From positions 636,579-700,578 of the forward strand of contig WELA01001939.1 in NCBI GenBank assembly GCA_009602735.1: DNA of 64,000 nt. Direction: 5' to 3'. The notes under the pieces are model-generated. The model made no database searches. It had not been told where the DNA came from and saw nothing but the letters and a program-made list of their open reading frames with translations. This document shows, piece after piece, positions 12,801 to 25,900 of the stretch. This DNA comes from Mesotaenium endlicherianum (Eukaryota). A program made the translations under genes and the position numbers. Positions within the stretch are counted from its first letter, which is position 1. The number at the start of each line of letters is the position of its first letter.

Positions 12801-15648
12801 GATCGTACTTGGGGAAATTTGTCCAGGTTTACCTCGACGATATCCTGGTCTATTCAAAGAACAAGGACAAACATTACAAGCACTTGGAAGTAGTGTTGCA
12901 AATCCTTCGTGAGCAACAGCTATATGCTGAGCTCAAGAAATGTTCCTTCCTGAAGGATGAATTGTTGTACCTCGGACATATAGTGGGTTCGAAAGGGGTG
13001 CGCCCTAACCCAGCCAAGATTGCGTGCGTCGTTGACTGGCCTGTCCCAAAAGATGTGCATAGTGTACGTTCATTCCTTGGGATTGCTAACTACTTTCGTA
13101 AGTTTATGCAAGGTTATTCAGTGATGGCCGCGCCACTCACTGCTCTGACAAGGAAAGGTAAGCCGTCCATTTGGGATGAGAATACGCAACATGCGTTCGA
13201 ACGCATCAAGCATGCACTCACTAATGCGCCACTTCTTTCATTAGCCGATCTCAACTTGCCTTACGAGTTAGTCGCCGATGCGTCTGGTGTTGGAATAGGG
13301 ACTGTTCTGCTGCACGCAAACAAGCCTATCAGTTTTGAGAGTCAATAGCTGACACCTGCCGAACAAAATTACTCCACAACAGAGCAGGAGCTCTGGGTAG
13401 TCATATACGCTTTAAAGACTTGGCGATGTTATTTGGAAGGCTGCAAGGGTTTGACAGTGGTTACGGACGACTGCCCAAATACCTTCTTTCAAATACAGCC
13501 AACGCTATCGAGGCGCCAGACGAGATGGTCTGAGTTCTTGCAACGATTCCACTTTAACTGGGCGTATCGCCCTGGTCGCAATAATGTTGCGGACCCTCTA
13601 AGTTGAATTCCCCTGCACCACTTGATGTTGGGGACTGTTGCTACTTTGCAAGGACGAAACAGTCAAGTTTCAAGGGCGGCCACCCTTGATTCCGCTGTAC
13701 CCCCCCAGACGATTGGCGTTGCACGGCCTGGTGACGTGGGCCAACCCAATTTGGGTAGCATGCAAACCTCTGAAGTACTTGACCTGCATCAACTATTTCA
13801 TGAGGGCTATTTAAAAAATCCATTTTTCCTAGATCTCCAGGGTACCAACTTGAGCGGTGTAGCCGTGACGAACTAATGCTTATCAGAAAAGTGTTAAGGA
13901 AACTCCATTTTTCCTTAACTATGGACGACATCCGCACACTCCCCTGACACGGGCGGTTTTCGGTCAGATGGGGATGTCAACCATGAGAGTGCCAAGTGCA
14001 CGTCTATTTGTCCATTCAAGAGGTGCACAAAAACGCGAAGCTAGCTTTAGCAGCTGCTTGAGATTGGCAGAAAAAGTTTGCTGACACGCACAGGATTGAG
14101 TTGAGTTTTCAAGTTGGCAATAAAGTACTTTTGCAAACTAAAATCTCCAACTCAAGCACCCAAAAAAGCGCAAGCATCTGCCTTGCTGGGTAGGCCCTTT
14201 TATCGTTATCGCAAAGGTTGGACCTGTTGCATACCGACTGGATTTGCCTAAATCCATGGACGAACGCATCCTGTGTTCCATGTTAGTTTACTTAAGCAGT
14301 TTAGATCCGATGGCCGCTATCAGCCGCAAGCACCGGAATTGGAACTCGCCAATAATGATAAGGCCTGGGATGTAGAGGAGGTCTTAGGACACCGCTACAC
14401 TCGTCATAAGCCTCCATGCGTGGAGCTTTTGATAAAGTGGCTCGATTATGATTCTAGTTGGAACTCCTACGAACCTTAGGACAAATCCTACTTAACTGTA
14501 AGGACCTGGTTCAACAATATTGGTTACGATGGGCTGCTGCTCAACAGCTTTGTCCCACGGGCAGTGTGCTACCTGAGCCAATTCATAAGCCAAGGAACAA
14601 ACGCAAAAGAGACGCGGCCAACTATTCGCTCTTTTCCGTCACTGTGATGATGATGCATAGTCCAATCGCTCACCAGTGTTTTCCGCTAGTCAAGGCTAGT
14701 ATTGACATATTCAGACTTAAAAGACGTACGCTTAACGAGGACGTTAAGTTCTTTTAAGGGGGGAGGAGTGTAACGATCCGAGCTATTGTAGGCGTATTTG
14801 GGACGTTTCCCCAATTACCTAAAGTACGTTATACTATTTATTATATTATTTGATAAATGATTGCATCATATTCAATTCGTCAATTGGCGAAACGACCGAG
14901 ATACTATTGCAAAAAGCGTTGTAACGTTACTTGACTACTTCGCAAAAGTACGACATAATTATTCATGAAGGTACTTTGATTAATTATGAGATTATAACTT
15001 AATAAATCACTGAGTGATTAAGTTGATTTGATTGTCATTATTTCGGATAATGCACAGTCACAGATTTCGCATTTACGACCAGTCGTTAATACGAAGAAAG
15101 AAACGTAAAAGTCAAACGACATATAATATGCAAAGCAGCTTTGCATCCGAGCAGATTCGAACCCGCGACCTGTCATTTGAAACGTTCACACCTAACCGAT
15201 TGGCGAAGTAGTTTTCATAACTACCGGTTCATGACGAAAGCACGTGTACGCGACTCCGCGAACAGTCGCAACTTTTCAAAAGGTCGCGTGAACGCGAATA
15301 CGCCCGTTTGGCGTGAAACGGGTTTTCGGAAACTGTCGAAAAGTCTCCAAACGGCCAAACGGCGAGTTTCGAGCATTCGGCCAAATGGGTCGTCCGTTCA
15401 CGTTGAACATGAACCAATGCCCTAGGTGGTGACTCAAAGCACTCCAGTGTCTCATGTCGTGCAAGTATTTATACTTGCAAGAGTCATTGTGAGTGCAACT
15501 CTCACAAGCACACATTCTACATTAGTTTTCATTTTTGCTTTCTCGAGGATTTGTCAATTTGCACAAGTATATACATTTCCTTTCCACTTCAATTAAATAT
15601 TCCTTGAATACCGAGGAAAAGATCCTCTCGAAAAGCAGAAACGTTACA
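9883..15648 (+). mobile_element. Family-C Ty3/Gypsy chromovirus, degenerate; 5' LTR truncated (~9883-10299), 3' LTR 14769-15648
   Basis: 9883-10299 matches 15243-15648; PBS TGGTATCGGAGC at 10301; PPT AAGGGGGGAGGAG before TGTAACGATCCG at 14769. Confidence 0.85.
11502..14479 (+). pseudogene. Family-C pol (protease, RT, RNase H, chromodomain); most of the integrase core is deleted near 13.95 kb
   Basis: [45 protein letters not shown]...LLIKWLDY; frameshifts and stops. Confidence 0.9.
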
Positions 15649-16081
15649 GACAGGCTGCTGGCATTATTAGGGCAGAAGATGCCTTCTAATATTGTGCCCT
15701 CCCTTGAACTTGGAATGCTTTGAAACTCAAGACTATGGTCAAAGGTCTTGTTGCGCTCATTTTAAGACTAATTTTGCAAAGTTTAGGGAAGAATAGAAGG
15801 ACTTACGATTTTCAGAAGTTCCTGCATAGATGTGGAGGAGTACCTACTCTCTCTGCTCTCGACAACACTCAAGAACTTGGAATGCTCTCAAATTTAGTGA
15901 CCTAGTAAACTTCTCCAACGCGCTTTGTCTGGCATTAATTTTTTTTGATTTGGAGCAGTTCCGTGGACGCTATGAATTTTTGAATCCGTGGAAGATTTTG
16001 GGCCAACTTGTACTATTTTCCTTATCATCAAGGTGTAGGCTAGCCAATAAGGTCACACCACCCACGACCTTGCCTAATCTA

Positions 16082-16195
16082 CCTTACATGTGTAGCACCT
16101 AACTTGGCGCCTTTGACTAATCCTCTTCACATGTGTGGCACCTGACTTGAAGCTGTTGACTAGTCTGCTCCACATGTGTAAGATCCTGACTTGAC
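16082..16195 (+). repeat. About three imperfect ~42-bp tandem units (CACATGTGT.GCACCTGACTTG...) in the family-B 3' UTR
   Basis: Unit cores visible at ~16085, ~16127 and ~16170. Confidence 0.7.
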
Positions 16196-17911
16196 GCTCC
16201 AAGACGTCGCTTGTTCTGTTGGGGGAATAATGTAGTGATTTGAGTTATAATATATTAGTTTGGTTTTATTTTATTGCTTTTGAATATGTCTAGAGTAGTA
16301 TTGTGGTATCAAGTGTGAATAGATACTTTAGTGACTTGGTTCATGTCCTTTAAACCTTCTAAGGCACTTTCGAAGTTAGAGGAAGGACCTATAAGAACTC
16401 CATGTGGCAAAAGTCAAATGTGCCATTTATAGGTCAAAAGGACATGTGTACTTTATTCTAGAAAGAGGTGGCAAATTTTGGGATGTGTTGGGTGCCAACA
16501 CATCAATATGCACCTTCCTAGAAATTACTTATGTAGCAAGTATATACTTAAGAGCTAAAACATAGAAAGATAGGGGAGAATCACTCTTGTACTCGCCAAA
16601 TTCCAGAAATATATTAACTTTCAAGAAGCCATCTCTCTTTCAAGAAGCTACTATTTGTGTTCAAAGATTCTTGTCTTGAATAGATAAAATATTGTATTTT
16701 ACTAAGTACTTTATCTATCTATTTCACTACAAGCTCATCCAACTAATCATCTTCAGCCTGGTCTTCCTCAATCGCATTGTAGGAACCATGTGGCTTTTTG
16801 ACAACCTTAGCTACTAGAGCACTATTCTGACGCTTGTGGTTGAACTGCTGTTGATCCCAAGTATAAGTATCTCGAATCAAGTCAGCCAACTTCTCATACT
16901 TTTTCTCAGCAAAATGGCTTGATACCTCAGATTTCAAGCCAAACCTGAAGTATGCTATCTTATACAGCCCCGGCAATGCGGGTGGTTTTATTATGTTCTC
17001 CTGAAATTTTTAAGCATACTCTGCAATTGCAGTGGTCTGCTTTGGTGTCAGGGATATAATTGTTTATAGATAGCTTTCTCCCGCTAATTGATGACATCAA
17101 ACTTTTCATGCATTTGCTCAACGAACTCTTTCCAAGAGGGGTCACTACGTTGGTTAACATTACGCTCTTCTTTATAGAAGAGCCACCAGTTTGCTGCGTT
17201 GCCCTTCAGCAAAGCACCGATGTGTCTGATCTTCTCATAATCTTGCATGTTTGGATAGTTGTCCAGCCACTGCGCTACATCATCGAGAAACTTTATGAGG
17301 TGATACTTTTTGTTTCCCTCAGGTTCCTAATCCTGAGGTGGCTTTGGCTTTGGCCTATACTAGGCCCTCTGTCACCACCAATATTGTTAAAACCTAATTG
17401 GTCCTATGCACGTAGCAATTCCATCATAATCCTCTTGTCCTCCTGTTGAGACTGATACATCATAGTCATCTGAGATTGCATTTGACAAACAAAGCACCCA
17501 TATCAATATTCTGAGGTGGCAACGCAAACATAGCAGCAGTGGCGGCATTGATTTGCTTGGCAGCAGTTTCGGTATTTCCTCTTGTTGCTGCATTTGCAAT
17601 TCCTGCTCCACTCAACTATCAATTTAGCTGACCAAAAGGTATTGTCTTAACCCCAGCAAGAGGTTGGTTTCAAAGATTGGCCCTTTCTGCCATCATCTTA
17701 TCAACCGTTTTGTTATGAGCCAGATGCCTTCTTCCGCCCTTTGCATCCTCCTCTGCTTTAGCTTGATGCTCAGCTTCTTTTCTGATGCGTTCTTCTCCAG
17801 CTTGCTGGGCTCTTGTTGTGGCAAAGGTTGCCACCTCTTTTGCAACTTCTCTATTTGCTGTATCGGCTAAAGCTTCTAAATAAGTGCAAGATCCAAAGAT
17901 ATGACTCTCGG

Positions 17912-19394
17912 TGAAAGGGACAGAGGGCCCTAGTGGAAGCGTAGTGACTCACGAGGAAAAGAACTAGTTGCAATCATACTAAAGAGTGCAGCGACATATC
18001 ACTAAGAAAGCTTGGGAAAATTACTCAACACTTTGAGTAGCAAGAAAGTGCTCACAAATAATGTAGGATAAAAGGCCTTGTCATTACAAACTCGCAGAAA
18101 TTTACAGAATGAAAATTGATAAGAAATGAGAAAGTTACGCCTATTTATAGTTTTCTTACCTAAGTCCTCCTCTCTAGTGTAATGAATCAGTATATTAGTG
18201 GATATAATATTCATTTAAATATAATACTTAATTAAGTTCAGCCTGCTGAACTTTAGTTAATAGTCAGTCTGCTGGACTTTACATAATTATCAGTTTAATG
18301 ACTCAGTAAAAAGCAGCAGGCTGAAAGTCCATATAAGTCAGCTTGCTGACACATTCTTTGACAGCAAGCTTTTTCCGTACTCGGTAGCAGCGAACTTCCT
18401 TGATATGCATCTAAGTGCGATATGCTAGATGAATAGCCAGATGACATCCCTATGATGGATGGCTATTCGGGATGATGGGAGATGGCGGTGGATTTGGTTA
18501 ACCGAGGTCCTACCAACGTGGTTAACTCCCGGGTAGGCGGTGCCATCGCACTGACCGTTGAACAGTAAACTCATTCCATGTACATATGCTAGGCATTGCC
18601 CTCGAGTTCGGCATTCGGAAACGAGGCCAACTCTCTTGTACAGCTTACTGAGAGAGATCTGAATCCAAGGCGAGAAGCCATTGATACGCACTGTCTTCTA
18701 ACCTTGCTTATGTATGAGTATACTGATTTGCATTATTGATGCTAGTTTACTCTCATTTGACTGACGAGTATTATTCATTGCTAGTGCGTTGTCCTTTTGC
18801 CGTTTAAACATTTAACGGAAAGTACCATAAAGATTACTTGCTGATATAAAGATCTTTATTAATTGTTAATCGCCTATTTGGTAAGTCGATTCATTTCATC
18901 TAGGCGGGAGGGTCGCTTAGCAACGGACTTTCCTAAGTGTTTGTCAAATCATCCCTTCCAAAATATTTGTGAGTAAGCCAGATTAGTCTCATCAGACGTG
19001 TCGGGCCGATTTGACGTCCACATGCATGCATCGAAGTATCTATAATATACTAACTTAGATGCGGTAGATTAATCCGAAACTTCTAGATGAATAGACCCGG
19101 TCGGCACTACGGGTCAGCCAAAATTACGTGAAAATTCGGATACACTCTAACGGCCTAGATCGCTCGACGCAGTCGATCAATCCGACGGTCGCGCTCACCG
19201 CGAATTAAGGACAGTCGTCAACCGACCTCAAAATTAATTAAACTTCGAAAATCCATAACTCTTTGAATACTTAACCAAATTCGATGAACTTTATATCAAA
19301 ATGATCACAAAAAACATGCACTCTAAACCACTATGCAATCAAAGCAGACTTTCATGGAATTAAAAAATGCACTTTATAAAGCTATGACCTTACA
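17912..19394 (-). mobile_element. Family-E solo LTR with TSD CTCGG, containing a family-A solo LTR
   Basis: TG...CA termini; CTCGG at 17907-17911 and 19395-19399. Confidence 0.88.
18178..18898 (+). mobile_element. Family-A solo LTR with TSD TCTAG
   Basis: TGTAATGAATCAG...GATTCATTTCA; TCTAG on both sides. Confidence 0.93.
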
Positions 19395-20736
19395 CTCGGC
19401 CTGTCCTTCAATGTTATCATCATTCTCACCCTCCATTTTCCGAGAGTTGCTAGTTTGGACCAGTTCGTGTAACGACTTCACAACCTTGGATCCAGATGTC
19501 CTCTTAGTAAGCTATACAAAGAGTTGGCCTCGTTTCCAAATGTCAAATTCGAGGGCATAATCTAATCTATGTACATGGAATGAGTTTACTATTCAAGGGC
19601 AACTGCGATGGCACCGCCTACTCAGGAGTTAACCACGTCGGTAGGACCTCGGCTAACCAAATTCACAGCCATCTTCATCCCGAATTGCCATCCACCCAAG
19701 TGGTGTCATCTGACCACTCATCTAGCATATCACACTTAGTAGCATAATTAGGCAGTTCACTGATATCGAGTACGACAGTCAGCTGACTGCCAAAGAATGT
19801 GTCAGCAAGCTGACGTATGGAGAACTTTAGCTTGCTCCTCTCGACTGAGTCATTATATATTGAATAAGACTAAGAAGTCCAACACACTTTATACTAACTA
19901 AAATTCAGCGGTATGAACCTAATTAACTATTATAATTTCTAATGAATATTATACTATCAGTATTGATTCATTACACATTGGAACTTGTGGGTGCCCCGTG
20001 GGAAAGCATTAGTCTCGACTTTGTCGTGGATTTGCCTACCACCGAAAGGGGACAAATGGGGTGTTGAAGATCGTTAATCATTTCACTAAGGTTGCGCACT
20101 TTGTGGCCACTAAATCATCACTTGATGCAAAAGAGACGGCTCGTCTCTTCATGAATCACGTGTTCAAGTTACATGACATGCCTAAAGAAATCATAAGTGA
20201 TCGTGATAGTACATTCACAAGCCACTTAAGGACGTTTGCATGAATTTTGGCACGAAACTAAAGATGTCAACGAGCTTCGATCCTCAGACCGATGGCCAGA
20301 CAAGAACGAATGAATCACGTGCTTCAAACTGTTTGTTCGGCATAATAAAAATCCTCGCCGAGACAACTGGGGTTTCTAAGGCATTATGTGAATTCTCACG
20401 AAGGCAACTGGGATACCCTCATTTCAATTGTCGAGTTTGCCGTAAATAATGCTCATCAGGTAAATGTTAAAAAAATTTCAGTTTTTCTTAATTATGGAAA
20501 ACACCCGCACACTCCGCTGACTGCGGTTGTTCCTAGTCAGATGAGGGTCTCAACCATGAGAGTACCAAGTGCACGCCAATTTGTCTATTCTCTGCAAGAG
20601 GTGCACAAACAAGCAAATTTGGTGTAACGATTCGCCGCGTGGTCGGATGCGGCGCGTGCGACACGTCGCCAAAAGGCGACAAAAGTGTCGGTTTGAATTG
20701 TATGAGTACAATTGGCGCGCGATCGAAGTACCTCAA

Positions 20737-21453
20737 TGTAATGAATCAGTATATTAGTGGATATAATATTCATTTAAATCTAATAGTTAATTAAGTTCAG
20801 CCTGCTGAACTTTAGTTAATAATCAGTCTGCTGGACTTTACATAATTATCAGTTTAATGACTCGGCCGAAAGCAGCAGGCTGAAGTCAACTTAAGTCAGC
20901 TTGCTGACACATTCTTTGACAGCCAGCTGACTTCCGTGCTCGGTAGCAGCGAACTGCCTTGATATGCATCTAAGTACGACATGCTAGATGAATGGCCAGA
21001 TGACATCCCTATGATGGATGGCTATTCGGGATGATGGGAGATGGCGGTGGATTTGGTTAACCGAGGTCCTACCAACGTGGTTAACTCCCGGGTAGGCGGT
21101 GCCATTGCACTAGCCGTTGAACAGTAAACTCATTCCATGTACATATGCAAGAATTGCTCCCGAGTTCGGCATTCGGAAACAAGGCCAACTCTCTTGTACA
21201 GCTTACTGAGAGGGATCTGAATCCAAGGCGAGAAGCCATTGATACGCACTGTCTTCCAACCTTGCTTATGTATGAGTTTACTGATTTGCATTATTGATGC
21301 TAGTTTACTCGCATTTGACTTACGAGTATTATTCACTGCTAGTGTGTTGNCCTTTGCCGAAAACCAGTTAACGGAAATACCATAAAGATTACTTGCTGAT
21401 ATAAAGATCTTTATTAATCGTTAATCGCCTATTTGGTAAGTCGATTCGTTTCA
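20737..21453 (+). repeat. 5' LTR of the intact family-A element
   Basis: Direct repeat of 28809-29528. Confidence 0.95.
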
Positions 21454-21454
21454 G

Positions 21455-21466
21455 TGGTATCGGAGC
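21455..21466 (+). promoter_or_regulatory. Primer-binding site, tRNA-iMet type
   Basis: TGGTATCGGAGC one base after the 5' LTR. Confidence 0.88.
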
Positions 21467-21487
21467 AGTTATCACAGTCTTCTTTGT

Positions 21488-22966
21488 ATGGTAAGGACAA
21501 GGTCTCAAACTAGCAACTCCCGAGACATGGAGAACCAGGATAACGAGAATGTCAAAAACCAGGCGGAAAGCCATGTAGCGGGAAACCGTACCTATTCGGA
21601 AGCAGTAGCGGATACTGCAGCTAGGGAGGCTGCAGATGAGGCAGCTGCTATTGCCTCAGTCGCAGCTCAGCAAGCTGAGGAGGAGATAGCCAGACTAGAA
21701 GCTGAACAAGTAGCAAAGGCCGCTGAAGATATACAAAGGAGGGAAGGACAGCCAGCTGACGAGCGCACTGTTGAAGAACTTATGGCATCAAGGGCCAATG
21801 TTCTGAACCCACCTCCTGCCGTACAACTCAATGTACCCCTAGGTCAAATACGTGACCGGCTGAATGCGGCAGGAATTGCTGCTGCAGGAGCGAGAGGGAT
21901 TGTTGAGGACACTACTCAGCGAGTAGATGCCAATGCTGCTGCTGCATTTGCTAATCTACCACCCCAAAATGTAGACTTGGGAGCATTGTTCGTTCAGATG
22001 CAGTCGCAAATGGCGACCATGTATCAGTCCCAGCAGGAGGACAAAAGAATCATAATGTCCCTACTCCGGGACAGAGACCAACTGGGGTCTCACACCACTA
22101 GTGGTGGTGGCCGAGGGCCTAGTAAGCCCAAGCCGAAACCTCCCCAGGACTATGATCCTGAGGGAAACAGAAAATATTACCTGATCAAGTTTCTCGCGGA
22201 TGTTGAGCAGTGGCTGGAGAACTACCCAGAACTGCAAGATTACGAGAAGGTCAGGCACACCGGTGCGCTACTGAAAGGCAGTGCCGCAGACTGGTGGCTT
22301 TACTGGAAGGAAGAGCGTAAGGCTCGGCAACTCGGTGACCCTACGTGGGTAGAGTTTGTCGAGAAGTTGCATGAGAAGTTTGATGTCATCAACCAGCAGG
22401 AGAAAGCTATCTATGCGATGATCTCCCTGACACTGAAGCAGACCACTTCAGTTGCTGAGTTTGCTCAAAAGTTCCAAGAGAACATGATGAAGCAGCCTGA
22501 TTTGCCAGAACGGTATAGGATAGCATACTTCAGGTATGGCTTGAAATCCGAGGTCTCTGGTCATTTTGCTGAGAAAAAGTATGAGAAACTGGCTGACTTG
22601 ATCCAGGATGCTGACGCCTGGGATCAGCAGCAGTTCAATCACAAGCGCCAGAGTAACGCTTTGGTGTCTAAGATTGTCAAAAAGCCCCACGGTTCCTACA
22701 ATGCAGTTGAAGGAGACCAGGCTGAGGATAATCAGGGTGATGAATATGAGTATGAGGACAATGCTATTCAGTCTAGAGGTAGAGGTGGTCCCCCTCGAGG
22801 TGGCTATGGAAGGGGTGGTGGTAGGACTAAGCCGAGACCAGCCTCAGCAAAATCTACTTGCTACCATTGTCAGCAGAAAGGCCACTACAGAGAACAGTGT
22901 CCGGTCAAGCACCTGCCTAAGGTCGAGAGAAAAGACCAGCCTTTAAAAGACAGCAACAGTCAGTAA
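21488..22966 (+). CDS. gag: Gag, 492 aa, with retrotransposon gag core and CCHC zinc knuckle
   Basis: LKGSAADWW...TWVEFVEKL core; RGG tract; [14 protein letters not shown] knuckle. Confidence 0.93.
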   Translation: MVRTRSQTSNSRDMENQDNENVKNQAESHVAGNRTYSEAVADTAAREAADEAAAIASVAAQQAEEEIARLEAEQVAKAAEDIQRREGQPADERTVEELMASRANVLNPPPAVQLNVPLGQIRDRLNAAGIAAAGARGIVEDTTQRVDANAAAAFANLPPQNVDLGALFVQMQSQMATMYQSQQEDKRIIMSLLRDRDQLGSHTTSGGGRGPSKPKPKPPQDYDPEGNRKYYLIKFLADVEQWLENYPELQDYEKVRHTGALLKGSAADWWLYWKEERKARQLGDPTWVEFVEKLHEKFDVINQQEKAIYAMISLTLKQTTSVAEFAQKFQENMMKQPDLPERYRIAYFRYGLKSEVSGHFAEKKYEKLADLIQDADAWDQQQFNHKRQSNALVSKIVKKPHGSYNAVEGDQAEDNQGDEYEYEDNAIQSRGRGGPPRGGYGRGGGRTKPRPASAKSTCYHCQQKGHYREQCPVKHLPKVERKDQPLKDSNSQ

Positions 22967-25900
22967 TCCAGTCTACTGACTGTGAGGATGCTAGAGATAG
23001 TGAGTCGTCACTAGCTGCCCTCGTAGCAGGTATTATGGGTCCTGCTGAACTGGATTCACTATGCATGCCTGACAAACAGATAAAGGAGACCATCAGTAAT
23101 ATAGACGTCCAGAGAGTGCACACTCTGGATGCTCTTGTTCCACCTGATGTCCAACATTTCTTTGCTACGTCAGGAGAACAATGCGAAAGTCAGGAAAAGA
23201 CAGTCCCCCCTATCCTACTGCATTGCATGATTGCAGGTAGGAAGGTGAGGGCATTTGTTGACGGAGGGGCGTCACATACTTTTATCCACAAGGACTTAGT
23301 TAAGCGGCTAAGGCTGCCTACTGTCACCCAAGGGAATAGAAAAATATTCCTTGGAGATGCCTCAAGTATCCCGGGAGGAGTTATAACCAAGCCTATTGAG
23401 GTCCAGTTAGGTTCTGGCATTGCAGTTCTAACTGAAACGCTTACATTTGAGGTACTCAACACTGGCTTTTATGATCTCGTGCTAGGCAGGTCCTGGCTTA
23501 ATAGACATCAAGCTGAAGTGTGTTGGAGCAGAGGTACAGTTAAAGTGAGAGGAGCCAGTGATGGGCAGACTGACTTGGCACCCACCAGTGCTCTTCCTCT
23601 TGTCCTGTGTGGATGGCAAATGAAGGAAAAGAAGAGGCTTCCAGAAGGATGCAAGTTGCTGAATGCAATGGAGTTCGTCAAAAGCTGGAACCAGAAGGAA
23701 GACAGAATGTTCTGTCTGCTGCTAAGAGAGGTACCTCCTCAACCTGAAGAAGTGGTTGAGAAAAAGGTAAGCCCTCCGGAGCACCCTACTGCTGCAAAAA
23801 TTGTTGCTCAGTACACTGATGTGTTTAACATGCCTCCAGGACTACCCCCTAAAAGGGAAGTAGATCATAGGATTGATCTATTACCTGGTAGCCAGCCACC
23901 CTGGCAACGCACTTATGGCTTGTCTTATTTGGAGAGCGAGGAGTTGAAAACACAGATTGCAGAGCTGGAGGAAAATGGTTACATTTCTCCCAGTAAATCA
24001 CCGTACGGCGCACCTATCCTATTTGTTAAGAAAAAGGATGGCAGTATGCGGATGTGTGTGGATTACAGAGCCCTGAACAGAATTACAGTAAAGAACAAGT
24101 ATGCTTTACCCAGAATCGAGGACTTGCTTGATACCCTGTCTGGCGCTAAGGTGTTCAGTAAGATAGATCTCAAGAGTGGTTATCATCAAATCAGAATTGC
24201 TGAGGGGGATGAACACAAGACTGCTTTCCGCACACGTTATGGACACTATGAGTTCAACGTGATGCCATTTGGACTGACTAATGCTCCTGCTACCTTTATG
24301 GGTGCTATGAATGACATTTTCAGACCTTATTTGGATAAGTTTGTGCAAGTTTTCCTGGATGATATTTTAATTTTCTCTAAAGATGAAGCTCAGCACACTG
24401 AACACTTAAAGAAAGTGCTGGACACTCTGCGGAAAAATCACTTGTATGCTAAAATGAGCAAGTGTGATTTCTTTAAGGAAAGTATTGAATTCTTAGGCCA
24501 CGTTGTCAGTAAAGAGGGCATCAGTGTGGATCCTAAGAAAGTCCAGACCATAAGGGACTGGCCAGTACCACAGTCTGTCTCTGAAGTTAGATCCTTCCTC
24601 GGGTTGGCTAACTACTATAGGAGATTTATTGAGAATTATTCCACAAAGGCCAGTAAACTGACTGACCTTACTAAGAAAGACATCGGGTATGTGTGGGGGG
24701 AAGAGCAGCAGGCTGCCTTCCAGACCCTTAAAGATGCCCTTTGTTCTGCCCCAGTGCTAGCCGTGTATGACCCCAGCAAACCGGTGCAGGTGGTTACTGA
24801 TGCCTCTGATTTTGCCATGGGTGCTATTTTGTTGCAGCCTGCTGACAAAACCACAAAGGATGGTAAGGTACGGCAGGAGTGGCATCCTGTGTTGTATGAG
24901 TCTATGAAATTTAATCCAGCGGAGATTAATTACTCAGTGCATGATAAAGAGCTGCTAGCTATCATTCATGTACTCAAACAGTGGAGAGCATACTTACATG
25001 GTAAAGCTTTTAAGGTGATTACAGATCATCTAGCTCTGACCCACTTTCAGAAGAAGTCCAAGCTGTCGAGGAGGGAGAACCGCTGGAGCCAGATGCTGGA
25101 GCAGTTCCAAGTCCAGATCGACTACAAACCAGGGAAGTTGAATCCTGCTGATGCACTCTCTAGAAGACCTGACTTGCAAGAAAGGAACTTTAGTCAGCAT
25201 GCTGTAGATAAAGTCCTGTGTGCACTCACTTCACTAAAGGTGAAAAAGTCCTTCCTTGAACAACTTAGGAAAGCCTACCTTTCTGACCCAACATTTGAGC
25301 CCAGCCCCACTACTGGTGTGTGTCGTGCTACTGCACTCGGGTATAAGCTCAAGGGAGGGGTCTGGGTGACTGAAACCACTTCAGGCAGGCTGAAGCTGGT
25401 CATTCCTAATAACTTGGAAATAAGGTCTCTCTTACTGAGTCAAGCTCATGACAGTCTCCTGGGTGGACATTTGGGGCAGGCCAAAACTGTTGGCAAACTG
25501 GCAAAACATTATCATTGGGAGGGGTTACCCCGGGAGGTCTTGAAATATGTCAAGTCCTGTGACCAGTGTCAGAGAAATAAGTCTCGGCACACACCACCCG
25601 GAGGTCTCTTGCAACCGCTACCCATCCCAGCGGGACGCTGGGAAACTATATCCATGGACTGGGTGGTCTCACTACCAAGAACTGCCAACGGGCATGATTC
25701 AATACTGGTAGTCGTGGATAAACTGACAAAAATGGTCATTTTTATCCCCACAACTGTCAAAGTGACTGCACTCGAAACAGCGAGACAGTTTTACAACCAT
25801 GTAGTATGCCAACATGGGCTCCCTTCTAATATCATCTCAGACAGAGACTCAAAATTCACCTCTAAGTTCTGGAGAGCTTTAATGGGGTTAATGGGAGTCA

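Larger units (their letters stand above)
4040..16731 (+). mobile_element. Family-B Ty3/Gypsy chromovirus, degenerate; LTRs 4040-4522 and 16231-16731; carries nested insertions
   Basis: Both LTRs TGTAGTGATTT...TTTCACTACA; PBS TGGTATCAAAGC at 4524; purine tract GGGGGAATAA before the 3' LTR. Flanks GAACG/AGCTC do not match, so the two LTRs may come from different copies. Confidence 0.75.
16732..19975 (-). mobile_element. Degenerate family-A-like element: partial 5' LTR (~19565-19975) and decayed gag, interrupted by the family-E solo LTR
   Basis: Minus ORF 16743-16976 ([28 protein letters not shown]...KKPHGSYNA) closely matches the intact gag; a gag N-terminus homologue lies at ~19400-19470; the LTR terminus TTGATTCATTACA ends at 19975. 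Confidence 0.8.
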
